NCBI GenBank assembly: GCA_020439035.1
Contig: JAGQTL010000025.1
Location: 1-45,965 of the forward strand
Direction: 5' to 3'
Source of the DNA: Leucobacter sp.
Lineage (GTDB): Bacteria; Actinomycetota; Actinomycetes; Actinomycetales; Microbacteriaceae
DNA: 45,965 nt
Shown piece by piece: positions 17,509-27,339 of this stretch. The notes below the pieces were generated by a model, which saw only the letters and a list, made by a program, of their open reading frames with translations, made no database searches and had not been told where the DNA came from. The position numbers were made by a program, and so were the translations under genes. Positions within the stretch are counted from its first letter, which is position 1. Each line of letters starts with the position of its first letter.

Positions 17509-18846
17509 GTGACCGTGTCACGAGCAGTCATGGAAGAAGACGAGGCCCCGCAGGCCGAGCAGACCCCGCAGCAGCACGCGGCGAAGTCGACCGGGGAGGC
17601 CGGGCTCGACGGTCACGGCGCGGTCGCGATCGCGATCGAGGTCGATCCCCGGGTGCAGGGCGTGGTCGACGAGCTGCTCGAACGGGCGCGCGAGATCCGC
17701 CCGGTGCTGCGCGCGGATCAGGCCGCGACGGAGGAGCGCGGCGTCTACTCGCAGCAGGTGCACGAGTTCTTCCTCGAGCACGGCTTCTACAAGATGCTGA
17801 TGCCACTGAAGTTCGGCGGTCTCGAGCTTACGGTCAGCGCCTTCTACCAGGTCATCGCCGAGATCTCACGCGGGTGCCCGTCGACCGGCTGGTGCCTCTC
17901 GCTCGCCGCCGGCCACTCGCTGTCGCTCGGTTCGTACTGGCCCGAGGAGTCCCAGCGCGAGGTCTTCGGGCAGCACGGCTACATGGTGTGCCCCGCGAGC
18001 GGCAACGGCATGGATGTGACGCTGACCCGGGTCGAGGGCGGATGGCGCGTGAGCGGCTTCTGGCGCTACAGCTCGGGCGCCCCCTACTCGACCCACTTCA
18101 TGCCGACCCTGCTGCTGCCGAACGAGGACGGCAGCGTGACCCGCAGCTGGGCGGTGCTCCCGCGAAGCGACTTCGAGGTCGTCGGCGACTGGGGCCGCGT
18201 CATGGGCATGCGGGGCAGCGGCTCGAACAGCATCCGCATCGCAGACGCCGCGATCCCCGACCATCTGATCGTCACGCAGAACTGGGCGCATCAGCTCACC
18301 GAGCCGGCGATCGGCTACCGGGTGCACGGCAATCCGCTCTACTCGGGCACCTTCACGGCGTTCGGCGAGGGCGAGGTCGCCGCGGTGACGGTCGGCCTCG
18401 GCTACGCCATGGCCGACGAGTACGAGCGCATCATTCTCACGTCGAGCCACCCCTACGTCAAGGACGGCAGCGTGCGCGCCGAGCACGCCGACTGGCAGCG
18501 CAACCTGGGCCTCGCCATCAGCAAGGTCGATGCCGCGGCATCGATCCTCGCCCGCGGCGGCCAGCTCTACAGCGCCTACGCCGCTCGGCTGGTGGCCGGC
18601 ATCGAGCCGTTCAGCATGTCGCGCTCCACGCGACTCAGCGGCACCTACTTCGTGCTCGAGGAGCTGATCTGGGAGGCGGTCGAGGGGCTCTTCCGCACCG
18701 CCGGCACCCGCTACTCGGCCGACGGCGAGACGCTGCAGCGCTACTTCCGCGACATGGTCGCCACGCGCACGCGCACCGACCAGTTCGAGTTCGTGGCGTC
18801 GCCGACCGCGACCGCGTTCCTGCGCGCCCGGGGTGAACTCGGATGA
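17509..18846 (+). CDS. Acyl-CoA-dehydrogenase-fold flavin-dependent monooxygenase (group D, HsaA/DszC-like)
   Basis: GFYKMLMPLKFGG, ISRGCPSTGW, GGWRVSGFWRYSSG, GMRGSGSN and LQRYFRD motifs. Start position uncertain. Confidence 0.82.
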   Translation: MTVSRAVMEEDEAPQAEQTPQQHAAKSTGEAGLDGHGAVAIAIEVDPRVQGVVDELLERAREIRPVLRADQAATEERGVYSQQVHEFFLEHGFYKMLMPLKFGGLELTVSAFYQVIAEISRGCPSTGWCLSLAAGHSLSLGSYWPEESQREVFGQHGYMVCPASGNGMDVTLTRVEGGWRVSGFWRYSSGAPYSTHFMPTLLLPNEDGSVTRSWAVLPRSDFEVVGDWGRVMGMRGSGSNSIRIADAAIPDHLIVTQNWAHQLTEPAIGYRVHGNPLYSGTFTAFGEGEVAAVTVGLGYAMADEYERIILTSSHPYVKDGSVRAEHADWQRNLGLAISKVDAAASILARGGQLYSAYAARLVAGIEPFSMSRSTRLSGTYFVLEELIWEAVEGLFRTAGTRYSADGETLQRYFRDMVATRTRTDQFEFVASPTATAFLRARGELG

Positions 18847-20501
18847 GCGGGCCGGGGTCGCACGCGGGCGGAGCCGAACGCGCGGCCGACGTCCTGGCGT
18901 CGCGCGCTCCGATCGTCGAGGTGTCCGGCCTCACCCTCGACATCGTCTCCGGGCGCACGATCGTGCACGATGTCGGCTTCACGGTGCGCCCCGGCGAGAT
19001 CCTGGGCGTCGTCGGCGAATCGGGCAGCGGGAAGACGACCGTCGGCATGACGCTGCTCGGCTACGTGCGCGACGGCGCTCGCATCGTCGGCGGATCCGTG
19101 AGGGTCGACGGCGTCGAGATGGTCGGGGCGGATGAGGCCGCCCTGCGCGCCCTGCGCGGTCACCGCGTCTCGTACGTGTCGCAGGATCCGAGCGCCGCCT
19201 TCAACCCGGCGCTGCGGATCCGCAAGCAGCTGCTCTCGTTCATGCGGGTGCACGACCGGGAGGCCTCCGTCGAGGAACTCGGCGAGCGTATCGACGAGGT
19301 GTTCGCCGAGGTCGCACTGCCGGTCGAGCGCGAGTTCCAGAACCGCTACCCGCACCAGCTCTCGGGCGGCCAGCTGCAGCGCGTGGCGATCGCGCTCGCG
19401 CTGCTGCTCAAGCCGCCGCTCATCGTCCTCGACGAGCCGACCACCGGGCTCGACGTGACGAGCCAGGACAAGATCCTGCGCCTCGTGCGCGATCTCTGCA
19501 CGAAGCACGACATCGCCGCGCTCTACGTCACGCACGACCTCGCGGTGGTCGCGGATATCGCCGACACCGTTATGGTCATGCGCTTCGGCGAGGTCGTCGA
19601 GCACGCGACCGCGCGCGAGATCTTCTGCGACCCGCAGGCGGACTACACGAAGGCCCTCATCGCCGCGGCACCGGACCTGGTGATCGACGAGGCGACCGAG
19701 GCGCGCGCGCACGCCCCGTTCGATCCGGATGCCGCGCTCTCGGTGCGCGGGTTGAGCGGCAGGTACGGATCCCGCACGGTGATCCACGACATCGACTTCG
19801 ACCTCCGGCGCGGCGAGTGCCTCGCCCTCGTGGGCGAGTCGGGCTCGGGCAAGAGCACGCTGTCGAAATGCCTCATCGGCCTGCACGCCGACCACAACGG
19901 CGCGATCGCGCTCGAGGGCGTCGAAGTGCCGCGGAAGGCCATCCGCCGCCCGCTCGCCGCGCGCAAGGAGATGCAGTACATCTTCCAGAGCCCGCACACC
20001 TCGCTGAACCCGCGCCGCACCGTGGCCGAGTCGATCGCGATGGTGCACGCGGCGGTCGGCGGGTCGCGCCGAACGCGCGCGCAGGAGATCCGCGACGTGC
20101 TCGACCGCGTCGGCCTCGGCGACCGCCACGCCTCCGCGCTGCCCTGGCAGCTCTCGGGGGGCGAGCGCCAGCGGGCCTCGATCGCCCGCGCGCTCGTGGC
20201 CAAGCCGAAGGTGCTGATCTGCGACGAGGTGACGAGCGCGCTCGACGTGATCGTGCAGGATCAGGTGCTCGATCTTCTGCGCGAACTGCTCGCCGAGGAG
20301 CAGCTGTCGATGGTGTTCGTCACGCACAACCTCGCCGTCGTCAGCGAGCTCGCGGATCGCATCCTCGTGATGCAGCACGGCCGGATCGTGGAGGAGGGCG
20401 CAGCCGACCAGGTGCTGCACCGCCCCGAGCACGAGTACACGAAGCAGCTCGTCGGCAACACGCTGTCGATCCAAGCGGTGCGCGACGAGCGCTGGGTCTG
20501 A
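18843..20501 (+). CDS. Peptide ABC transporter ATP-binding protein with two fused ATPase domains
   Basis: Two GESGSGK(T/S) Walker A motifs, two LSGG signatures, and LDEPTT / CDEVTS Walker B motifs. Confidence 0.95.
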   Translation: MSGPGSHAGGAERAADVLASRAPIVEVSGLTLDIVSGRTIVHDVGFTVRPGEILGVVGESGSGKTTVGMTLLGYVRDGARIVGGSVRVDGVEMVGADEAALRALRGHRVSYVSQDPSAAFNPALRIRKQLLSFMRVHDREASVEELGERIDEVFAEVALPVEREFQNRYPHQLSGGQLQRVAIALALLLKPPLIVLDEPTTGLDVTSQDKILRLVRDLCTKHDIAALYVTHDLAVVADIADTVMVMRFGEVVEHATAREIFCDPQADYTKALIAAAPDLVIDEATEARAHAPFDPDAALSVRGLSGRYGSRTVIHDIDFDLRRGECLALVGESGSGKSTLSKCLIGLHADHNGAIALEGVEVPRKAIRRPLAARKEMQYIFQSPHTSLNPRRTVAESIAMVHAAVGGSRRTRAQEIRDVLDRVGLGDRHASALPWQLSGGERQRASIARALVAKPKVLICDEVTSALDVIVQDQVLDLLRELLAEEQLSMVFVTHNLAVVSELADRILVMQHGRIVEEGAADQVLHRPEHEYTKQLVGNTLSIQAVRDERWV

Positions 20502-20557
20502 GCGGCGGGCGCGTGCGGATCGCGTCCGGAGGTGTCTGCCGCTGCGCAGCGACGCGC

Positions 20558-21166
20558 CTACTGCTGCACAGCCGCGCTCGCCAGCGCGTGCTCGGAGGCG
20601 TGCACGCTTTCGCCGAGCTCGAGCAGCCGGCCGACCGCGTTCTCGACCTCCTCGACGGCGACCTGCGCGTTGCCCAGGACAACCTGTGCGAGGATCCCTT
20701 CCATGTAGAAGGCGATCGGGCGTGCGGCCGAGGGCGTGCAGTAGCGGCCGACCAGCTCGACCATGGTCCAGTCCTCCACCTCGGCGCGCAGGACCTGCTG
20801 CGAGAAGGTGCTGACGTAGACGCCGTAGCCCTCGAAGAGCGATGCCCGCCAGTCCGTGGTGATGTGCTCCATCATCCGAGCGATGCCGCCGGCGACGCCG
20901 AACTCCGGCACGTACTTCTCGAGCACGTCTTCGAAGTACTGGTTGCTCTGCGCCTTCAGCGAGCGCACGGTCGACACGAGCAGGTCGTCCTTGTCGGTGA
21001 AGTAGTAGGTCGTCGACCCGAGCGGCACGCCGGCCGTCGCCGCGACCGAGCGGAAGGTGACTGCGCCGATGCCCTGTTCGCCGATGATCCGGGCCGTCGC
21101 ATCGATGATGCGTTGCCGCCGGTGGGGGTCGTTCTTCGAACGCGTACGGGCTGTTCTCGCGGGCAT
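20558..21166 (-). CDS. TetR-family regulator, RcdA/YbjK-like
   Basis: NDPHRRQRIIDAT...AVTFRSVAATAGVPLGSTTYYF. Start at 21166 or 21205. Confidence 0.9.
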   Translation of the reverse strand: MPARTARTRSKNDPHRRQRIIDATARIIGEQGIGAVTFRSVAATAGVPLGSTTYYFTDKDDLLVSTVRSLKAQSNQYFEDVLEKYVPEFGVAGGIARMMEHITTDWRASLFEGYGVYVSTFSQQVLRAEVEDWTMVELVGRYCTPSAARPIAFYMEGILAQVVLGNAQVAVEEVENAVGRLLELGESVHASEHALASAAVQQ

Positions 21167-21266
21167 CTTCACATCTTCAACTCTAATGACAACCCCGGCC
21201 GTCACGATTATTCAAATGAACAGCGCGTGCATCTTGCGTCGTCGGCGGGGTGCGATTATCATCCAT

Positions 21267-21283
21267 ATGTGTACATAGGTACG
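21267..21283. promoter_or_regulatory. Candidate TetR operator (GTAC-N4-GTAC dyad; ATGTGTACA)
   Basis: atgtgtacataggtacg in an AT-rich patch between the divergent tetR and HpaB-like gene 2. Confidence 0.5.
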
Positions 21284-21395
21284 TAAATATTCTACCCGAG
21301 TCCACCGATCGAATCGATGAAGATCCGCGAACGCGGCGAAGACGCCCGGCGGCACCCGAAGGGGCCGACGTCGGGAAGAGAGAGGAACCAGCACT

Positions 21396-22958
21396 ATGAG
21401 CGATGAGACGCAGCAGGCGGCCGCAGGGTCGCGCGTCCAGACGGGGGAGGAATTCCTCGAGAGCCTGCGCGACGGCCGCGCCGTGTGGAGCTACGGCGAG
21501 CGCGTCGATGACGTGACCACGCACCCCGCGTTCCGCAACTCCGCGCGATCGCTCGCCGAACTCTACGACCTGATGCACGCGCCCGAGACGTTCGACGTCA
21601 TGAACGCCCCGACCGACACGGGCAGCGGCGGCACGACGCACCCGTTCTTCAAGGTCGCGCACTCGAAGGACGACCTGCGGGCCAGCAAGGCCGCGATCAG
21701 CCGCTGGCAGGAGCAGGTGTTCGGCTGGATGGGCCGCACCCCCGACTACAAGGCCTCGCTCATCACCACGCTCGGCGACAACCCCGAGTACTTCGGCGAG
21801 TACGCCGACAACGCGCGGTTCTGGTACAAGGAGGTGCAGGAGCGCGTGCTGCACATCGGCCACGCGATCGTGAACCCCCCGGTCGACCGCTCGCTGCCGA
21901 TCTCGGAGTCGAAAGACGTGTTCGTGCACGTGGACCGCGAGACCGACAACGGTCTGATCGTGAGCGGTGCGAAGGTCGTCGCGACCGGTTCGCCCACGAC
22001 GCAGTACGTCTACATCTCGAAGAGCGGTGGCCCGCCCGTCACCGAGAAGAGCATGGCGCTCACGTTCATCGCGCCCGTGTCGGGCAAGGGCATCAGCATG
22101 ATCAGCCGCGCCTCGTACGAGGCCGTCGCCGCCCGCGCGGCGAGCCCCTTCGACTACCCGCTGAGCTCGCGGCTCGACGAGAACGACACCGTCCTCGTCT
22201 TCGACGAGGCGCTGATCCCGTGGGAGAACGTGCTCGTCTACGACGTCGACCGCATCAACGAGTTCGAGGATGTGTCGGGCTGGGTTCCGCGTGCGCTGTT
22301 CCAGGCGTCGACCCGCATGGGCGTGAAGCTCGACTTCCTCGCCGGCGCCGTGTCCAAGGCGCTCGAGATCACCGGCTCCGGCGCCTTCCGCGGGGTGCAG
22401 GCCGGGCTCGGCGAGATCCTCTCGTACCGCCACGCGGTGCACGCCATGCGCGACGGCATGATCGAGAGCGCCGAGCAGGGCTGGAGCGAGGGATCCGTGA
22501 TCCCGGGTACCGCCTACGGCTACGCGTACGCGGCCATGGCGCCCGGCATGTACCGGCGTATCCGCGAGATCATCGAGACGATCGTGGCCTCCGGCCTCAT
22601 CTACCTGAACTCGAACGCCGTCGACTTCGAGACGCCCGAGATCCGCCCCTACCTCGACCGCTACCTCCGCGGGTCGAACGGCAAGACGGCGCTCGACCGG
22701 TCGAAGACCATGAAGCTCCTGTGGGACGCGATCGGCAGCGAGTTCGGCGCCCGCCACGAGCTGTACGAGCTGAACTACTTCGGGCAGCCCGAGGTCAACC
22801 ACCTCGCCATCACCGCCCTCGCGCAGGCCGACGGATCGCTGGATTACGCCCGCGGCCTCGTCGAGCAGTGCATGAGCGAGTACGACCTGAAGGGGTGGAC
22901 GAGCGACCGCTTCATCACCCCGAACGATGTCAACTTCATCGCGCAGCGCGGGAAGTGA
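21396..22958 (+). CDS. HpaB/PvcC/PheA1-family monooxygenase oxygenase subunit (copy 2)
   Basis: Same motif set as copy 1 (GRTPDY, HAIVNPP, SRLDEND, SGLIYL, RHELYELNY); GAGGA RBS. Confidence 0.94.
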   Translation: MSDETQQAAAGSRVQTGEEFLESLRDGRAVWSYGERVDDVTTHPAFRNSARSLAELYDLMHAPETFDVMNAPTDTGSGGTTHPFFKVAHSKDDLRASKAAISRWQEQVFGWMGRTPDYKASLITTLGDNPEYFGEYADNARFWYKEVQERVLHIGHAIVNPPVDRSLPISESKDVFVHVDRETDNGLIVSGAKVVATGSPTTQYVYISKSGGPPVTEKSMALTFIAPVSGKGISMISRASYEAVAARAASPFDYPLSSRLDENDTVLVFDEALIPWENVLVYDVDRINEFEDVSGWVPRALFQASTRMGVKLDFLAGAVSKALEITGSGAFRGVQAGLGEILSYRHAVHAMRDGMIESAEQGWSEGSVIPGTAYGYAYAAMAPGMYRRIREIIETIVASGLIYLNSNAVDFETPEIRPYLDRYLRGSNGKTALDRSKTMKLLWDAIGSEFGARHELYELNYFGQPEVNHLAITALAQADGSLDYARGLVEQCMSEYDLKGWTSDRFITPNDVNFIAQRGK

Positions 22959-22982
22959 ACGGAAAGATCGGAGAATCGAACG

Positions 22983-23504
22983 ATGTCTGAAAACCTGAAC
23001 GGCGCTGGGCCGGACGAACTGCTCGACCTGTTCCGCAACACCTTCCGGAGGCATGCCGGCGGGGTCGTCGTGCTCACCGGAGCCGACGAGCTCGGGCAGC
23101 CGATCGGCTTCACCGCGACGTCGCTGGCCTCGCTCTCGGCGGTGCCCGCGCGTGCCACCTTCAACGTGATCAAGCGCACCAACGGCTACCGGGCGATCGC
23201 CCGGGGTCGTCGCGTCGCCGTGAACTTCCTCGGCGCCGAGTCGGCCGACCTCGGTCGCCGGTTCGCCGGGCCGTTCGAGGAGCGCTTCGTCGGCGACCAT
23301 TGGAGCTTCGACAACGGTACGCCCGTGCTCCACGACGCCGCGGTGACGCTCTTCACCGAGATCACCGATGTGTACGACCAGGGCGAGAACGCCATCGTCG
23401 TCCTCGAGATCCTGGGCGGACGCGTCGGGGAGGAGCAGGATCCGCTGCTCTACCACAACCGCGAGTTCGGCACGATCCGCGAGCTCGCGCACACGCTCGT
23501 CTGA
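22983..23504 (+). CDS. Flavin reductase (HpaC-like)
   Basis: FRNTFRRHAGGVVVLT, GFTATSLASLS, AVNFL and PLLYHNREF motifs; directly downstream of the oxygenase. Confidence 0.9.
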   Translation: MSENLNGAGPDELLDLFRNTFRRHAGGVVVLTGADELGQPIGFTATSLASLSAVPARATFNVIKRTNGYRAIARGRRVAVNFLGAESADLGRRFAGPFEERFVGDHWSFDNGTPVLHDAAVTLFTEITDVYDQGENAIVVLEILGGRVGEEQDPLLYHNREFGTIRELAHTLV

Positions 23505-23673
23505 GCCCTGCCGTCGCAGGTCCTCGTCCGCGGCACCGTGAGTTCGGCTCGCGGTGCCGCGAATCCGTTGAAGGGACGCGCTTCCGTTCGCTATAAGAAC
23601 GCAGGTGTTGCCCTCGAGTGAACATTCTGCTTCACTCGATGGCAAGCCGTTCGACAGCGGTCCGACGAGTGAG

Positions 23674-24939
23674 ATGGGTGGCAGTGTGAGCGGCGATCGA
23701 GCGGGATTCTTCGTGCGTCACCGCGCCCCGCGCGTGACGCCGCTGCTCATCGTCGCCCTGGGCTTCCTGTCGATGGGCTCCGCGTTCGCCACGGACGTGT
23801 ACCTGCCGGCCATGCCCGGCGTCGTGACCGACCTGCGCACCACGCCGGCGTTCGTGCAGGCGACGCTGACCGCGTTCATCCTCGCGCAGGCCCTCGGCAA
23901 CCTCGTCGTCGGCCCGATGTCCGACCGCTGGGGCCGGTGGCGGCCGCTGCTCATCAGCACGGTCGTGTTCGTGCTCGCGAGCACGGGCGCGGCACTCGCC
24001 CAGGACATCTGGATGCTGCTGGCCATGCGCGCGATCCAGGGCTTCGCCTCGGCCGCCGGGCCGGTCATCTCCCGAGCGGTCGTCGCCGACCTCACCTCCG
24101 GGGTGCGGGCGGCCCGCCTGTTCAGCATTCTGATGATGCTGTTCGGGCTCGCCCCGGTGATCGCCCCGCTCATCGGGGGTCCGTTGACCGAGCTCGGCGG
24201 GTGGCGCCTGGTGATGTGGGGCATCCTGGCGCTCGGCGCGGCCGGCGTGATCGTGTCGCTGCTCCTGCCCGAGAGCCTGCCGTCCGACCGGCGTCGCCTC
24301 GTTCGGCTGCGCAGCGTCGTCGGCGATTACGTCGGGCTCACGCGCAACCGGGTCTTCCTCACAGGGTCGCTCATCGTGATGGCCGCGTTCGGCGTCGTGA
24401 TGACGTGGCTCACGACCTCGTCCTTCGTGCTTCAGGATCACTACGGGCTCTCGCCCACGGGGTACGCGCTCACCTTCGGCGCGAACTCGGCGGGGTTCGG
24501 GCTGGCGGGCCTGCTGAACACCGCGCTCCTGCGGCGATTCACGCCCGCAGCGATCCTCCGCGGCGCCATCTTCGTCATCGTCGGCGCGTGCGGGCTGCTG
24601 CTCGTGCTCGCGCTGCTCGACGCGCTGAGCTTCTGGCTCCTCGTCGTCCTCGTCACGATCGCTTTCGGATCCACGGCGCCGCTGATGGCGAACACCACGG
24701 CGCGCGCACTCGGCGCGGTGCGCCCGACCGAGGTGGGAACGGCGTCGGCGTTCCTCGGGGCGATCGAGTTCGTGGTGCCCGCCGTCATCGCTCCAATCCT
24801 CGGCATGTTCGGCAGCAGCCCGGTACCGGCCGCGGCGGGCTTCTTCGCCTATGCGATGCTGGCGCTCCTGCTCTGGCTGAGGCTCCGACGGATGCCGGAA
24901 GGGGCGCCTCTCCCGGGTGCGGGCGGAGTCGCCGCCTGA
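23674..24939 (+). CDS. MFS drug:H+ efflux protein, Bcr/CflA family
   Basis: TDVYLPAMP, GPMSDRWGR, RAIQG and APVIAPLIGG motifs; many hydrophobic segments. Start uncertain (23674 or 23686). Confidence 0.9.
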   Translation: MGGSVSGDRAGFFVRHRAPRVTPLLIVALGFLSMGSAFATDVYLPAMPGVVTDLRTTPAFVQATLTAFILAQALGNLVVGPMSDRWGRWRPLLISTVVFVLASTGAALAQDIWMLLAMRAIQGFASAAGPVISRAVVADLTSGVRAARLFSILMMLFGLAPVIAPLIGGPLTELGGWRLVMWGILALGAAGVIVSLLLPESLPSDRRRLVRLRSVVGDYVGLTRNRVFLTGSLIVMAAFGVVMTWLTTSSFVLQDHYGLSPTGYALTFGANSAGFGLAGLLNTALLRRFTPAAILRGAIFVIVGACGLLLVLALLDALSFWLLVVLVTIAFGSTAPLMANTTARALGAVRPTEVGTASAFLGAIEFVVPAVIAPILGMFGSSPVPAAAGFFAYAMLALLLWLRLRRMPEGAPLPGAGGVAA

Positions 24940-25132
24940 CACCCGGGTGGGTGTGTTCTTTGCGTGCATCCGATCAGCCGGTGCGTGCGGAGTTCCGGCG
25001 CAAATTCTAGGCGAGACAAGGGATCGCGGGGGTTTCGAGCTTCCCCGGGGCCTCGACTCGCATTGCTCCGGCTGCATACACTTTGGGCATCTCGGCGCAC
25101 GTCGAGAAGCCGTTTCTGCACAGGGATGTGAT

Positions 25133-26446
25133 GTGACCGTTTTCGAATCCACCGGCTGCCCGCTGCCGGTCCGTATCGAGTCCCGTGCCGCGGTGGATCC
25201 GCCTCCCGCATGTGATGCGATCGTGGTGGGCGGCGGGATCATCGGTCTGCTCATCGCCATCGGGTTGCGGGAGCGCGGCCGCAGCGTGATGGTCCTCGAA
25301 GCGTGCAACGTAGGCAGCGCGCAATCGGGCCGGAATATGGGCTTCGTGCGGGAACAGGGGCGTGATGCGGTCGAGGCCGAGGCGATGCGGTATTCGGCCA
25401 GCCGCTGGCGCGCGCTCGCGGAGCGCTTCGGTGCACGGTTCGGCTGGACCGGCGGTGGGCACCTGTCGATCGCGCGGGATGAGCAGAGTCTGGCGCAAGT
25501 CGAGAGCTGGGGCGGCATTGCCGCCGGGGTCGGCACGCGCTTCGAGGTCGTGACGGGGCGTGCGGCGAGGGATCGTTGGCCGTGGTTGGCCAAGGACATC
25601 GCGGGCGTGGGGTACACGCCCGATGATGGCCACGTCGACCCGGCGAGCGCGATGCGTGCGATCGCGGGCTCGGCCCGAGAACTCGGGGTGGAGATCGTCG
25701 AAGGCGCCGTCGTCGAAGAGATCGAACGCGCTGCCGGCCGTGTTGAGGGCGTCGTTCTCGCGGACGGCCGGAGCGTGCACGCGCCGCTCGTCGTCGTCGC
25801 GGCGGGTGCGTGGTCCGGACGCCTCCTCTCGCGGGTCGGCGTGCGGCTGCCGCTGCACATGGGGCGGGGAACGCTCTCGGCTACAAGGCCCTTCCGCAGG
25901 ATCACCGAGTCGAGTGGTTGGGATGTGACCGGGGCGGGGTTCCGTCAGGCGCCCGACGGCCGGGTCGTCTTCGGGATGGGCGCGTTCGTCGACGTCGATG
26001 TCCGCTGGGAGGACCTCCGATCATCGTTCGCGCTCCTGCCGACGCTCTGGCAGAACCGCAGGACCATGCGCGTGCGTCCGGGCGCTCAACTCGCGCGGGA
26101 TCTCGGCGGTCTCGTCACTGGTCGCGGACTCTCGCCGCTCGATCGAACCGAGCCGAGAGCGAATATGCGGGCATCGGATGAGGGGCTGCAGCGACTGCGC
26201 GAACTCGTCCCGGCGTTCGCGGAGCTCGAGGTCGAGTCGGTCTGGGCCGGCGTGATCGACAGCACGCCGGACTTCCTGCCCATCGCGGGCGGAACCGGCA
26301 TCGACGGGCTCCTCGTGGTCGCCGGGACGAGCGGCCACGGTCTCGGCATCGCTCCCGCCCTCGCCGACGGCGTCGTCGCCATCGCCGAGGGCCGCGACGA
26401 GGCCGACCTCATCGACGCCCTCTCGCGACAGCGGTTTCCGAGTTAG
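25133..26446 (+). CDS. FAD-dependent oxidoreductase, DAO/DadA (D-amino/imino acid oxidase) family
   Basis: VVGGGIIG, QSGRNMG, DGHVDP, VVAAGAWS, WAGVIDSTPD and SGHGLG motifs; GTG 25133 follows CAGGGA. Confidence 0.88.
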   Translation: MTVFESTGCPLPVRIESRAAVDPPPACDAIVVGGGIIGLLIAIGLRERGRSVMVLEACNVGSAQSGRNMGFVREQGRDAVEAEAMRYSASRWRALAERFGARFGWTGGGHLSIARDEQSLAQVESWGGIAAGVGTRFEVVTGRAARDRWPWLAKDIAGVGYTPDDGHVDPASAMRAIAGSARELGVEIVEGAVVEEIERAAGRVEGVVLADGRSVHAPLVVVAAGAWSGRLLSRVGVRLPLHMGRGTLSATRPFRRITESSGWDVTGAGFRQAPDGRVVFGMGAFVDVDVRWEDLRSSFALLPTLWQNRRTMRVRPGAQLARDLGGLVTGRGLSPLDRTEPRANMRASDEGLQRLRELVPAFAELEVESVWAGVIDSTPDFLPIAGGTGIDGLLVVAGTSGHGLGIAPALADGVVAIAEGRDEADLIDALSRQRFPS

Positions 26447-26518
26447 ACCGGCCGGCCGTGCCGAGCGAGACCCCGTAACACCTACCAAAACGATCGAAGT
26501 GGATTGGAATCAGAACCC

Positions 26519-27334
26519 ATGAGTGAATCACTGCCGTGGCCCTTCTACACCGTGCCCGACAAGATCGATGTCCGAGGCCTGGACGTCGCCTACCGGAGGA
26601 GCGGAGAGGGCGAACCCGTGCTCTACCTGCACGGCGCAGGGCTGACCCAGCGCTGGCTGCCGTTCCACGAGAAGCTGTCCGAGGGCGTCGACCTCATCGC
26701 CCCGGAGCACCCCGGCTTCGGCGACACCGAGATGCCCGAGTGGCTCGACGGTTTTGACGATGTCGTGCTGCACTACGCGGATTTCCTCGATGCGCTCGGC
26801 CTCGACCGCGTGCACGTCGTGGGCCACTCGTTCGGCGGCTGGATCGCCGCGGAGTTCGCGGTGTTCTTCCCCGAGCGCATCAAGTCCCTCCAGCTGATCG
26901 CTCCGGCGGGCCTGAAGGGCGCGGATCTTCACGACAGCTACCGCCAGGAGGGCGCGGAGGCGCTCGAGCGCGTCTTCAACGGTCGGGCTGAGGAGTTCCC
27001 CGAGTATCTCGAAGAGGGCGACCCGGTCGAAGCCCTGGTGCAGGGCTACAAGGAGCTGACCGCACGTGCGCGACTGGCCTGGCAGCCGCGGCACGACCGC
27101 AAGCTGCCGCGTCGTCTCGGACGGGTGACGGCGCCGACGCAGGTGCTGCTCGCGCAGGAGGATCGCGTGCTCGATCCGGAGGTCTCTGCGAAGTACGCCG
27201 AGTACATTCCGGGAGCCACCGCCTCGGTCATCGTCTCCGACGGCATCCCGACCTCGCACGTGCCCTTCGTGCAGGCGCCAGAGATGCTTGCCACCACCCT
27301 CACCAACTTCGTCACCGAGCATACGGAGGCCTGA
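26519..27334 (+). CDS. Alpha/beta hydrolase
   Basis: YLHGAG oxyanion motif, HPGFG, GHSFGG nucleophile elbow and a C-terminal His (SHVPF). Confidence 0.9.
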   Translation: MSESLPWPFYTVPDKIDVRGLDVAYRRSGEGEPVLYLHGAGLTQRWLPFHEKLSEGVDLIAPEHPGFGDTEMPEWLDGFDDVVLHYADFLDALGLDRVHVVGHSFGGWIAAEFAVFFPERIKSLQLIAPAGLKGADLHDSYRQEGAEALERVFNGRAEEFPEYLEEGDPVEALVQGYKELTARARLAWQPRHDRKLPRRLGRVTAPTQVLLAQEDRVLDPEVSAKYAEYIPGATASVIVSDGIPTSHVPFVQAPEMLATTLTNFVTEHTEA

Positions 27335-27339
27335 TCACG

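Noticed and set aside
17509..18846. Specific assignment as SadA/SadB, HsaA or DszC
   Set aside because: Only fold-level motifs are visible; orthology cannot be established without a search.
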